Shown here: positions 53,358 to 62,195 of the stretch, piece by piece
How the letters are laid out: the number at the start of each line of letters is the position of its first letter
How positions within the stretch are numbered: the first letter of the stretch is position 1
Assembly (NCBI GenBank): GCA_963715985.1
Contig: CAVQSP010000011.1
Coordinates: 224,001 to 288,000 of the forward strand
DNA from: an uncultured Thermoleophilia bacterium
GTDB lineage: Bacteria; Actinomycetota; Thermoleophilia; UBA2241
Direction: 5' to 3'
Length of the DNA stretch: 64,000 bases
Program-made: the position numbers and the translations under genes
The notes under the pieces: generated by a model
What the model was told of the DNA's origin: nothing
Databases searched by the model: none
Seen by the model: only the letters and a program-made list of their open reading frames with translations

Positions 53358-54320
53358 ATGGCACGAGTGGCGGTGGAGATCCTGCACACGCCCGGCTGTG
53401 GCAGCCGGCAGGCCGCGCGCGACCGCGTCGAGGCCGTGGCGCGGCGGGAGGGCGTGCCAATCGCGCTCACCGAGCGCGAGATCAGCACGCCCGAGGAGGC
53501 GCGCGAGCAGAGCTTCCCCGGCTCGCCGACCATCCGCGTCGAGGGCCGGGATGTGGAGCCCGGCGCCGAGGGTCAGGAAGACTTCGGTCTGGGCTGACGG
53601 CGCTACTCCGGCCCCGGTGGATCCGGCGGCGTACCTGCCGAAGACCTCGTGCGCGACGCGCTGTTGGCAGCGACCCGCGTCGCCCGCCAACCGGAGCAGT
53701 GGGCGGCGGCGTTCGCTGCCCGTGCCGACCGCTACGGCCGCGAGCCGAGCGCGCCGGCGCTCGCGGCCGCCGAGGCGTTTCGCAGCGCCGGCGTCCGGGA
53801 CGTCCTGGAGCTGGGCGCCGGGCAGGGGCGCGACACGATGTATTTCGCGCGCTCCGGCTTCAGCGTCCACGCCCTCGACTTCGCGGCCGAGGGCGTCGCG
53901 GCCATCCGCGCGAGGGCCGCGCGGGAAGGGCTCTCCGGCCGGGTGACGGCCGCGCGACACGACTGTCGTGACCGCCTGCCGCTGGCGGACGGGAGCGTCG
54001 ACGCCTGCTTCTCCCACATGCTCCTGTGCATGGCGCTCTCGACGTCCCAGCTCGAGGTGCTGAGCGCCGAGGTGCGCCGGGTGCTGCGTCCCGGCGGCCT
54101 TCACGTGTACACGGCGCGCTCGACCGCCGACCCCGACTACGGCGAAGGGGCTGCGTGCGGCGACGACAGGTACGAGTCCAGCGGGTTCGTGGTGCACTTC
54201 TTCAGCCGCGAGCTCGTGGACCGGCTGGCTCGCGGCTTCGACCTCGTCGACGTCACCGAGCTCGAGGAGGGCGACCTGCCGCGACGGCTGTACCGCGTAA
54301 CGATGCGGCGAGGCGCATGA
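53358..54320 (+). CDS. Putative selenoprotein: thioredoxin-like DF/DUF2703-type domain (UGA=Sec80) fused to class I SAM methyltransferase
   Basis: PGC...FPGSPTIRVEGRD...FGLG-TGA-RRY at the family's conserved CRxY position; frame stays open into ELGAGQGRD methyltransferase; hairpin right after the TGA. Confidence 0.75.
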
Positions 54321-54336
54321 CGGCGGGAGCGAGCGC

Positions 54337-55120
54337 CTACAGGCTCGTCAGCTGCTCCGCCGCGCGCTTGCCGGAGTCCGTGGCGGGATCGATGTCCACC
54401 GCCTGCTGGAACGCGACCTTGGCCTGGCTCAGCAGGTCGGCGCTCTTCGCGGCGTCGCCACTGTCCTTCGCGTCGCTCGCCGCCGTCTTGAGGAAGATGC
54501 CCCTGTTCAGATGCGCCGTCTGGAAGTCGGGGCTCTTCTCGAGGACGGCATCGATCTGCTTGAGCGCCTTGCCCGTCTGCCCGGAGTAGAAGAGCGCGAC
54601 CGAGTAGTCGGTGCCCACGTTGGGGTCGCCGGGCTGCTTCTTCCAGGCGGCCCCGTACACCTTCGCCGCGGCCGTGAAGGCCTCCGTCCCGCCGGCGTTG
54701 TCGTTCTTGTCGAACGCGGCGCTGCCCTGATCGTAGAGACCGTTGGCGCGGGCGACGAGTGCCGTGTAGCTGCCGGACGTGTCGGCCGTGATGGGCACGG
54801 CGGCCGGCGTCGCGGTACCGCCAGCGGGACTGCCGCCGCCACTGCCGACGACGACGATCACGAGCACCACCACGACGGCGAGCGCGGCGAAGCCCAGCCA
54901 GATCCAGAGCAGGGAGCGCGACCCGCCGGATGTCGCCGGCTCTCCGCGCCTCTCGGCCGCGCGCCGGGCCGTGCGCGGCCGCTGCTGCCTGGACGGGCGC
55001 CGGCGCAGCCGCCTTCGCGGTGCGGCCACGACCGGCGTTCTTCACCGCGGTCAGGTCGCTCCCGCACTCGGGACAGTACTTCGCGTCGGCGGCGTCGTGG
55101 CCGCACTCGGGACAGTACAC
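54337..55120 (-). CDS. Double zinc-ribbon / TM / TPR protein (frameshift near 54950-55010)
   Basis: YCPECG...YCPECG N-terminus; TM helix and TPR-like repeats in a second frame. Confidence 0.7.
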
Positions 55121-55391
55121 GGGCTAGCCCCCTGCTGGATCGCACTCTCGTCTTCGTCGCCGTTCGGGTCGGCCGAACCGGCAGCCGAGGAGGCAAACCG
55201 GACATCGTCTATAGACTTCCCCATGATAGAGACGCCTCTCCGGCGGTCAAACCGGGCCCGCGCCGGGCACACGGGAGTCCGGCTCTGCAGCTCGCACTCC
55301 CTCGCCGTCGGTCCGCCGTCCCGATGACAGCGCCGAGAATCGGCGGGCCGAGGCCGCGACGCAGCGCCGAGAGAGCGCCCGAGGGCGGCCC

Positions 55392-55892
55392 TCAGAGTAT
55401 GGTCTTGAGCTTCTCCTCGAACTGGTCTCGAGTGGCGGCGCCGACGATGGATGGGGCCGTCCTGCCCTGGTCGTCGAGGAAGAACGTGGCCGGGATGCCG
55501 TTCACCCCCCAGGCGTCGGCGTTGACGCTCTTCGGGTCCAGGACGATGGTGTACGGGAGGCGGTAGTCGTAGACGAAGCGCTCCACGTCCGCCCGTTTGT
55601 CGTTGATCGCCACGCCGACCACGTTCACCTCGGGATGCGCCTCGGCGAAGGCGGCGACGTCCGCCGCCTCCGAGGCGCAGGCCGGGCACCACGAGGCGAA
55701 GAAGCTGACCACGGTCGGCTTGCCGCGATCCAGTGCGAGGTCGAAGTCCTGGCGCTGAATCGTGGTGCCGGTGAGGGGCGGCGCGGGCGTGGCAGACGCG
55801 GCAGGCGTGCCGGCGCGAGCCACGACGGCGACGGCGACCACCACGACGAGCGCGATGAGCGCCAACACTGTGACGAGCGCACGGCGGTTCAT
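55392..55892 (-). CDS. TlpA/ResA family thiol-disulfide oxidoreductase
   Basis: N-terminal anchor, FFASWCPAC..E, GIPATFF. Confidence 0.9.
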   Translation of the reverse strand: MNRRALVTVLALIALVVVVAVAVVARAGTPAASATPAPPLTGTTIQRQDFDLALDRGKPTVVSFFASWCPACASEAADVAAFAEAHPEVNVVGVAINDKRADVERFVYDYRLPYTIVLDPKSVNADAWGVNGIPATFFLDDQGRTAPSIVGAATRDQFEEKLKTIL

Positions 55893-55893
55893 C

Positions 55894-56241
55894 TCATCCT
55901 TCTGTTCGCTGAGCGCCGGAGCGCACCGTGCCGTTGGCGCGAGGGGTCTGGAGGTCGCCCAGCTTCTGCAGGTACTCCTCGCGGTCGATCTCGCCGCCGG
56001 CGTAGCGGCGCTGCACGATGTCGCGGGCGCTCTCGACCGGCGGCCGCGCGGAGACCGCTGGGGGTGCCGCGTAAAACGCCGGGGCAGTGGCGCGCGCCTG
56101 GTGCGCGGTCGAGTCGCGTACCAGGTAGACGATGAGCAACACGACGGCGACCACGATCACGATCATCCCGATGCCCACGAGCCAACCTCCCACTCCCCAG
56201 GCGCCGCCGTGGCCCCAAGGTCCGTTTCCATCCCACATCAT
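55894..56241 (-). CDS. SHOCT-domain membrane protein
   Basis: Gly/Trp-rich N-terminus, TM helix, RRYAGGEIDREEY. Confidence 0.85.
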   Translation of the reverse strand: MMWDGNGPWGHGGAWGVGGWLVGIGMIVIVVAVVLLIVYLVRDSTAHQARATAPAFYAAPPAVSARPPVESARDIVQRRYAGGEIDREEYLQKLGDLQTPRANGTVRSGAQRTEG

Positions 56242-56278
56242 CGTGAGTCACCTCGTTCGTGCGGCCCCTGCGGGGCCA

Positions 56279-57833
56279 TCAGTCGATCTCCCAGACGCCG
56301 AGCATGCCGATGTCTTCGTGCTCGACGATGTGGCAGTGGAACATGGCCGTGCCACGCCAGTCGCTCACCTTGACGAGCTGGGTGACGCTCCCGCCGCGCG
56401 GCACGATCACGGTGTCCTTCCAGGCCGGGGCCTGCGTGTACAGCGCCGCGTAGCCGGCATGGCCGCCGCCGATCGACAGCACCTGGGCATGATTGGTGTG
56501 CTGGTGCCAGGGGTGGTCCATGCCGGTCGGGTTGTCGATGGTCCACACCTCCCAGACATCGCCGGAGGCGGGCAACTGAGAGCGCACGACCAGCGGGTCG
56601 ACGTCAAAATCGCGACCGTTGATGGAGCCGCGCCCCATCATGCCCATGCCGAGCACGAAGCGGCGGCTCACGGCGGCGTCCAAGCCAGGCTTGGCGCGCT
56701 GCGCCGCGGGGTCGATAGACGAGGGCAGCGCCTGGACCGTCTTGCGTCCCGTGACGCGGAGCGTCATGCAGGGTCGCCTGCGGCGTCGTGCCGCCGCCCA
56801 TCATCCCGCCCATCATCCCGCCCATCATGCCACCGCGTGAGTAGGGCAGGGTGCGAAGGCGGTAGGCGCCCGGCGACGTCGACACCTTGACGAGGAGGTC
56901 GGCGCGCTCGCCCGGAGCCAGCAGGAGCTCGGCGACCCGATAGGGTCTGTCGAGGAGTCCGCCGTCGCTGCCGATCACGGCGAGCGAGTGCCCGTCCAGT
57001 GCAACGCGATAGAAGCGCGCGGTGCTCGCGTTGAGCAGGCGCCAGCGCTGGACGGCGCCGGGCCGTGCGGCGAGCTCGGGCGCGACCTGGCCGTTGAGCG
57101 TGACCAGGGCGCCCTCCTTGCCCAGCAAGTAGTCCATGGCCGAGGTGTAGGGTGCGGGGCGGCCGTCGACGATCGTGAAGTCCTTGCAGGACGAGCACGT
57201 GCGTCTCGAAGCTGCTCAGCGCGTCCGTTGGGTCCTCGACCACCAGCGGCCCGGCAAGACCGCCCCAGAGCTGCTCGGCGACGAGGCCGTGCACGTGCGG
57301 GTGATACCACCCCAAGGGCCGGCGGGCTGCCGGCCGAGGTCGTAGGTGTAGGTCCAGCTCTCGCCGGGGTCCAGGCGCCGCATCACGTTGTCTGCTGGGT
57401 CAGCCGGCGAGACGTGCCAGCCGTGCGTATGGAGGTTGGTGGCTCCCCGCTGCTCTCCGAGCGGGTTGACGCCGCCGCCGGTGAGCCCGTTGCGCACGTG
57501 GAGGCGCAGCGTCTCGCCGCTGCGTACGCGCACCAACGGGCCGGGCACCTGGCCGTTGTAGGCGAGCATCCGCGCCGTCGAACCGCCGAGACGCACATCG
57601 GTCTCGGCCACGGCGAGGCTTCCCTCGCGCGTGCCGGCCACCGTGGTCAGCACCAGCTCGTCGAAGTCGGCCAAGGGCGCGCCGCGAGGCACCGCGCCCA
57701 GCGCCGCCTCTGCCTGCGCCGCGTCCGCGGCGTTCTTCGCGAGCCCCGAGATGGTCAGCGCACCGCCGACCGCGCCCAGAGCACCGATCTTCAGCAGGTC
57801 ACGCCTGGTGATGCCGTGTGCGCCAGCCCTCAT
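56279..57833 (-). CDS. Tat-exported multicopper oxidase (three frameshifts near 57312, 57187, 56766)
   Basis: TRRDLLK Tat signal; HTHG, WYHPH, HPWHQH and HCHIVEHEDIGM copper motifs; Met-rich GGMMGG loop. Confidence 0.85.
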
Positions 57834-57837
57834 CTCG

Positions 57838-58698
57838 TCACCAGCCGAAGCCGCCCCACATGCCGCCGAGGCCCATCCAGCCGCCGGTCGCGGCACGCAT
57901 CATGGAGGCGCTCGCGGGCAGGTGGTGGTGCTGGTAGAAGTGCTTGACCTGGCTGCGCTGGTGCGCAGTCAGGGTCTTCAGCGCGGCCTGCGCCGCAGCG
58001 GTGTTGGGGCTGGGACCGTACCGCTGCATCCAGCCGTTCGCGGCACTCACTTGGCGGCTGCGCAGGGCGAGCCACTGGCCCATGCCGGCGCGGTGACTCG
58101 TCATCCAGGAGGCGCCGAAGCCCGAGCCCCACATGTGACTGGCGTCCCAGAAGCCGCCGTTCATCATGTCGCCCATCTGCCAGCCGTGCCACATCCCCAT
58201 CGCGGGGACGGTCCAGTCGGTGCCGCCCGCATACTGTCCCATGAAGCTCTGCATGTCGTTCCAGTGCTCAGTCCAGAGGTCGTGCAAGGCCTGCTGCGCC
58301 TGCGCCGAGGTGAGATCGACCTTGTGGGTGTCGTACCAGGTGTGCATCGCCACCAGGTGCTCGGTGCGCAGCTGCAGCCATGCCTGCATGGCCGACGGAT
58401 GGTCGGCGAGCCAGGTCATGCCGGAGTCCGTCATGCCCCACATACCGGTGCCGCCCCAGGGGCCGGTGCCGTCCCAGGTACCGCCCATCATGGTGCCGGG
58501 GCCCATCATCGTGCCGGGGTCGGTGGTGCCGGGCGTGGCGCCGCCCATCATGGTGCTGGGATCGGCCTGCATGCCGGGGACGGGGGCCCCGCCGCCCATC
58601 ATGGTGCCGGAGTCGGCGGCGGCGATCGGGACCATCAGGGCCGTGGAGAACGCGGCGACCGCGAGGGTGGTGAGGAGGACCTTCGGCCTCAGCTTCAT
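57838..58698 (-). CDS. Secreted Met/Gly/Trp/His-rich protein
   Basis: Signal peptide; TMMG repeats; two related helical repeats. Confidence 0.75.
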   Translation of the reverse strand: MKLRPKVLLTTLAVAAFSTALMVPIAAADSGTMMGGGAPVPGMQADPSTMMGGATPGTTDPGTMMGPGTMMGGTWDGTGPWGGTGMWGMTDSGMTWLADHPSAMQAWLQLRTEHLVAMHTWYDTHKVDLTSAQAQQALHDLWTEHWNDMQSFMGQYAGGTDWTVPAMGMWHGWQMGDMMNGGFWDASHMWGSGFGASWMTSHRAGMGQWLALRSRQVSAANGWMQRYGPSPNTAAAQAALKTLTAHQRSQVKHFYQHHHLPASASMMRAATGGWMGLGGMWGGFGW

Positions 58699-58773
58699 GG
58701 TGACCGTTCCTTGTCTCGTTTGCGTGTGACTCGTTCCTGCGAGCTACACCTCTTGGAGCATCCCCCCTTGATG

Positions 58774-58789
58774 TGAAGGCGGTGTGTAG
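58774..58789. promoter_or_regulatory. Putative OmpR-family direct-repeat site upstream of the Met-rich/MCO operon
   Basis: TGAAGGCGGTGTGTAG between the divergent operon and the response regulator. Confidence 0.45.
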
Positions 58790-59011
58790 GTCGCTGGCTG
58801 AGTGCAGCGAGGTCGCTCGGTGTCGCGTCGCTGCCGCATGACGCAAGACACCTTCGGGGCCCGTTTCTTACAGTCGCAGGCCGGGCGTCGCCGGCCCGCA
58901 CCTGAGCGGTGGGGCGGGCGGCGGCGGCCGGCCCCGCCCCGCCGCCCTTTTTCACGCCGCCCGCATCCGGGTATGTAGCGGCGTGGAGCGATCAGACGCG
59001 GAGATGAGCCC

Positions 59012-59711
59012 TTGAGCGACGTGCAGAAGATCGTGGTCATCGACGACGAGGAGTCGGTGCGCGAGGTGGTGCGCGCGTACCTCGAGAAGGACGGCTTTCG
59101 CGTGTTCACCGCCGCGGACGGCAGCGAAGGGCTGGCCCTCGCCGAGAAGCATCAGCCGGACCTCATCGTGCTCGACCTGATGCTGCCCGACATCTCCGGC
59201 GAGCAGATCTGCGAGGAGGTCCGCAGCCGCTCGGACGTACCGATCGTCATGCTCACCGCCAAGGTGAGCGAGGACGAGCGCATCGCGGGGCTGGTGGCGG
59301 GCGCCGACGACTACCTTGTCAAGCCCTTCAGCCCGCGGGAGCTGGTCGCGCGCGTGCGCGCCGTGCTGCGCCGCACGCAGGGTGTGGAGACCCCACTGGT
59401 GCGAGGTCCTCCGCTTCGACGACGGGCGCCTCGAGATCGACACCGTGAAGCACGAGGTGCGGCACGACGGCGAGACGATCGACCTCACGCCCAACGAGTA
59501 CAAGCTGCTGCTGGCGCTGGCCCGGTACCCCGGCCGCGCCTACTCCCGCTACGAGCTCATCGACCGCGTGCAGGGCTACGACTTCGACGGCTTCGAGCGC
59601 ACCATCGACGTGCACGTGCGCAACCTGCGCAAGAAGCTCGAGCCCGACCCGGCAAAGCCGCGCTACGTGGAGACCGTCACCGGGATCGGCTACCGGCTCG
59701 CCAAGCTGTGA
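59012..59711 (+). CDS. OmpR-family response regulator (frameshift near 59400)
   Basis: [24 protein letters not shown]; winged helix [26 protein letters not shown] in a second frame. Confidence 0.9.
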
Positions 59712-61051
59712 GCGGCCGCGTGCGCTGGGGACTGCGGCCCAAGCTGGTCATCGCCTTCGTGGCCGTCGCTCTGCTCGGCGCCGTGGTCACGACCGCCTGG
59801 GTCAGCCTCAGCCTCACGTCGCACCTGGAGGCGTCGGCCCGGGCCCGCATCCAGAACTCCGCCACCCACTTCGGCGACGTGGCGGCCGTTGTGTCCACGG
59901 ACGGGCGCTGGGACCAGCAGAGCATCGAGACCCTGCACCACCTGGCGCAGATCGACTTTCTCGCCGTGCAGCTCTACGACGCAGCAGGCCGTGAGGTGTT
60001 CTCGCATCCATCCTCGGCGCCGGTGGAGCCCGGGGCGGCGGCCTCGGCGCCGGTCATGGCCGGCGACCGTCAGATAGGCCGGGTCACCGTGAGCCGCGAC
60101 GACGGCCGCCTCTTCACGGAGGAGGAGGTGCAGCTGCGCAGCCAGCTGATCGGCGCCACCGTGCTGGCCGGGGTGGCGTCGGCGGCCATCGCCCTTGGCG
60201 TGGCGCTGTACCTCGCGCTCACGCTGTCGCGCCCGCTGCGGCGCATCCGCGCCGGCGCCGAGGCCATGGGCGCCGGCGACCTGGACGTGCGCGTGCCGGA
60301 GAGCGGCGACGCCGAGATCAGTGCCGTGGCCGAGGCGCTGAACCGCCTCGCCGAGACGCTGCAGCAGGAGGAGGGCCTGCGCAAGGAGAGCGTCGCCGAC
60401 CTGGCGCACGAGCTGCGCACGCCGGTGATGGGTCTGCTCGGCCGCATCGAGGCCGCCCAGGACGGCGTGCTCGCCGACGAGGCGGCCAACCTGGCGGCCA
60501 TGCACGATGAGGCCTTGCGCCTCACGCACCTGCTCGACGACATCTCGGCCCTGGCCGACGCGCAGCGACCCGGCCTGCTGCTCGAGCTCGAGCCGGTCGA
60601 CCTCGCCGAGGTGGCCCGCACCCAGGTCGACGCCTTCAGCGCGGCGTTCGCCGACAAGGACATCGCGTTCGCCGCCGCCCTGGAGCGCGCCGTCGTCGAC
60701 GGCGAGCCCCGGCGGCTCGAGCAGATCGTCGTGAACCTGCTGTCCAATGCGCTGCGCTACACCGACGCAGGCGGGCGCGTGGACGTGAGCGTGCGCCCAC
60801 AGCACGACCTCGCCCTGCTCGAGGTGCGCGACACGGGCATCGGCATCTCTGCCGAGGACCTGCCCAACGTCTTCACGAGGTTCTGGCGCGGCGAGAAGTC
60901 GCGCTCTCGAGCCACAGGCGGTGCGGGCATCGGGCTCTCCATCGTCCGCGAGCTGGTCCGCGCGCACGAGGGCGACGTGACCGTGGAGAGCGTGCCGGGC
61001 GAGGGTTCCACGTTCCGCGTGACGCTGCCGCTCTCCACGCAGGACGAGTGA
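59708..61051 (+). CDS. HAMP sensor histidine kinase (BaeS-like)
   Basis: Two TM helices, [31 protein letters not shown]. Confidence 0.92.
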   Translation: MSGRVRWGLRPKLVIAFVAVALLGAVVTTAWVSLSLTSHLEASARARIQNSATHFGDVAAVVSTDGRWDQQSIETLHHLAQIDFLAVQLYDAAGREVFSHPSSAPVEPGAAASAPVMAGDRQIGRVTVSRDDGRLFTEEEVQLRSQLIGATVLAGVASAAIALGVALYLALTLSRPLRRIRAGAEAMGAGDLDVRVPESGDAEISAVAEALNRLAETLQQEEGLRKESVADLAHELRTPVMGLLGRIEAAQDGVLADEAANLAAMHDEALRLTHLLDDISALADAQRPGLLLELEPVDLAEVARTQVDAFSAAFADKDIAFAAALERAVVDGEPRRLEQIVVNLLSNALRYTDAGGRVDVSVRPQHDLALLEVRDTGIGISAEDLPNVFTRFWRGEKSRSRATGGAGIGLSIVRELVRAHEGDVTVESVPGEGSTFRVTLPLSTQDE

Positions 61052-61108
61052 GGGCGGCGGCGGGAACGACGGCACGACGGACGCGCCCGCGGCGGCGAGA
61101 GCGGCGCC

Positions 61109-62107
61109 TCAACCTCCGGAGCCGGGCAGCAGCCTGACGGTCCAGCCCGTGAGGGCCCGCTGCCACTTGACGGCGCCGGGCCGGACCAGGTGGCTGATGT
61201 CGAAGAAGTCGGTGCTGGTGAGGTCCGGAGCCAGCTGGAAGTCGAGGAACCTCACGTGGAGCTTGCCGGCCACGCGCCTGCAGCCGCGCGAGAGCGCCGC
61301 CCGCTCTGCGGCCAGCTGGTGGCCCACGACGGCCCGGTTGAGCGGCAGCTGCACGAGCACCGGCCGCAGCCCCCGTTCGCGACAGGCCACGACGAGCTTC
61401 GCCAGAGCGCGGAGGTTGGCCGCCTTGAAACGGCGGAACCGGCCCGTGCGCGACAGCTCCCAGTGGACGACCCGGGCCGCCTTGGACGCCGACGACCTGG
61501 CCGGCCGCGTGTCGTAGTAGTGACGGACCCAGTGGCTCAGCCTGGGCCGATGCCCCGGCTTGAACGCCGCCGGTCGTCCGAACGGGCCGCGCACCGGCGG
61601 CCCCACGAAGCGGCTCAGACTCACACCGATGAGCGCGAGCCCGCGCAGCGACGGCAGCTCCTCGATGAACCGGCGGTCGGTGCGGAAGGTCTGATCGTGG
61701 CTCGCCAGCGTGAAGGCGCGCACCGGGACGCCGCGGCGACGGAGCTCGCGCGTCCAGTCCGCGTCGCTGACCACAGACTCGCGCGCCGTGGAGTCACCCA
61801 GGTAGAGGACCACGGGGTCGCGAGGCGGCCGCGCGCGCAACAGGCCGACCACCTGCCAGGCGTGGCGCCACTCCCCCACCTTGAGCTTCGGGTCGACCAG
61901 CGGGCCCGGCTTGGGCGTCGGGGCGCCCGTGCGGTCCGGCGAAGCCGCGGGTGAGGGCGATCGCTCAAGCGCGGACACGTCCGGCCCAGAGGGGGACGGC
62001 GTGCCGCACCCGGACAGGACGCCGGGCACCAAGAGGCACACAGCGACAAGGCCGGCGACGCGGCTGGACAGGCGCAGCCGGCGCTTGCGAGGGGACGCGA
62101 GGGGCAT
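61109..62107 (-). CDS. SGNH/DltD-like lipoprotein
   Basis: LSGC lipobox, LGDS, FFDISHL. Confidence 0.65.
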   Translation of the reverse strand: MPLASPRKRRLRLSSRVAGLVAVCLLVPGVLSGCGTPSPSGPDVSALERSPSPAASPDRTGAPTPKPGPLVDPKLKVGEWRHAWQVVGLLRARPPRDPVVLYLGDSTARESVVSDADWTRELRRRGVPVRAFTLASHDQTFRTDRRFIEELPSLRGLALIGVSLSRFVGPPVRGPFGRPAAFKPGHRPRLSHWVRHYYDTRPARSSASKAARVVHWELSRTGRFRRFKAANLRALAKLVVACRERGLRPVLVQLPLNRAVVGHQLAAERAALSRGCRRVAGKLHVRFLDFQLAPDLTSTDFFDISHLVRPGAVKWQRALTGWTVRLLPGSGG

Positions 62108-62195
62108 GCGAGCATGATAGGCGGCGAAGTGGCCGCCGTCACTCCGGCCCCGACCGCGTTGGACCGCCCCCGGCCCCGCTGATACCGTGCTCCGA

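Noticed and set aside
59012-61051. Apparent 679-aa response regulator-histidine kinase fusion in the ORF track
   Set aside because: Artefact of the frameshift near 59400; the winged-helix domain lies in another frame and the kinase has its own GTG at 59708
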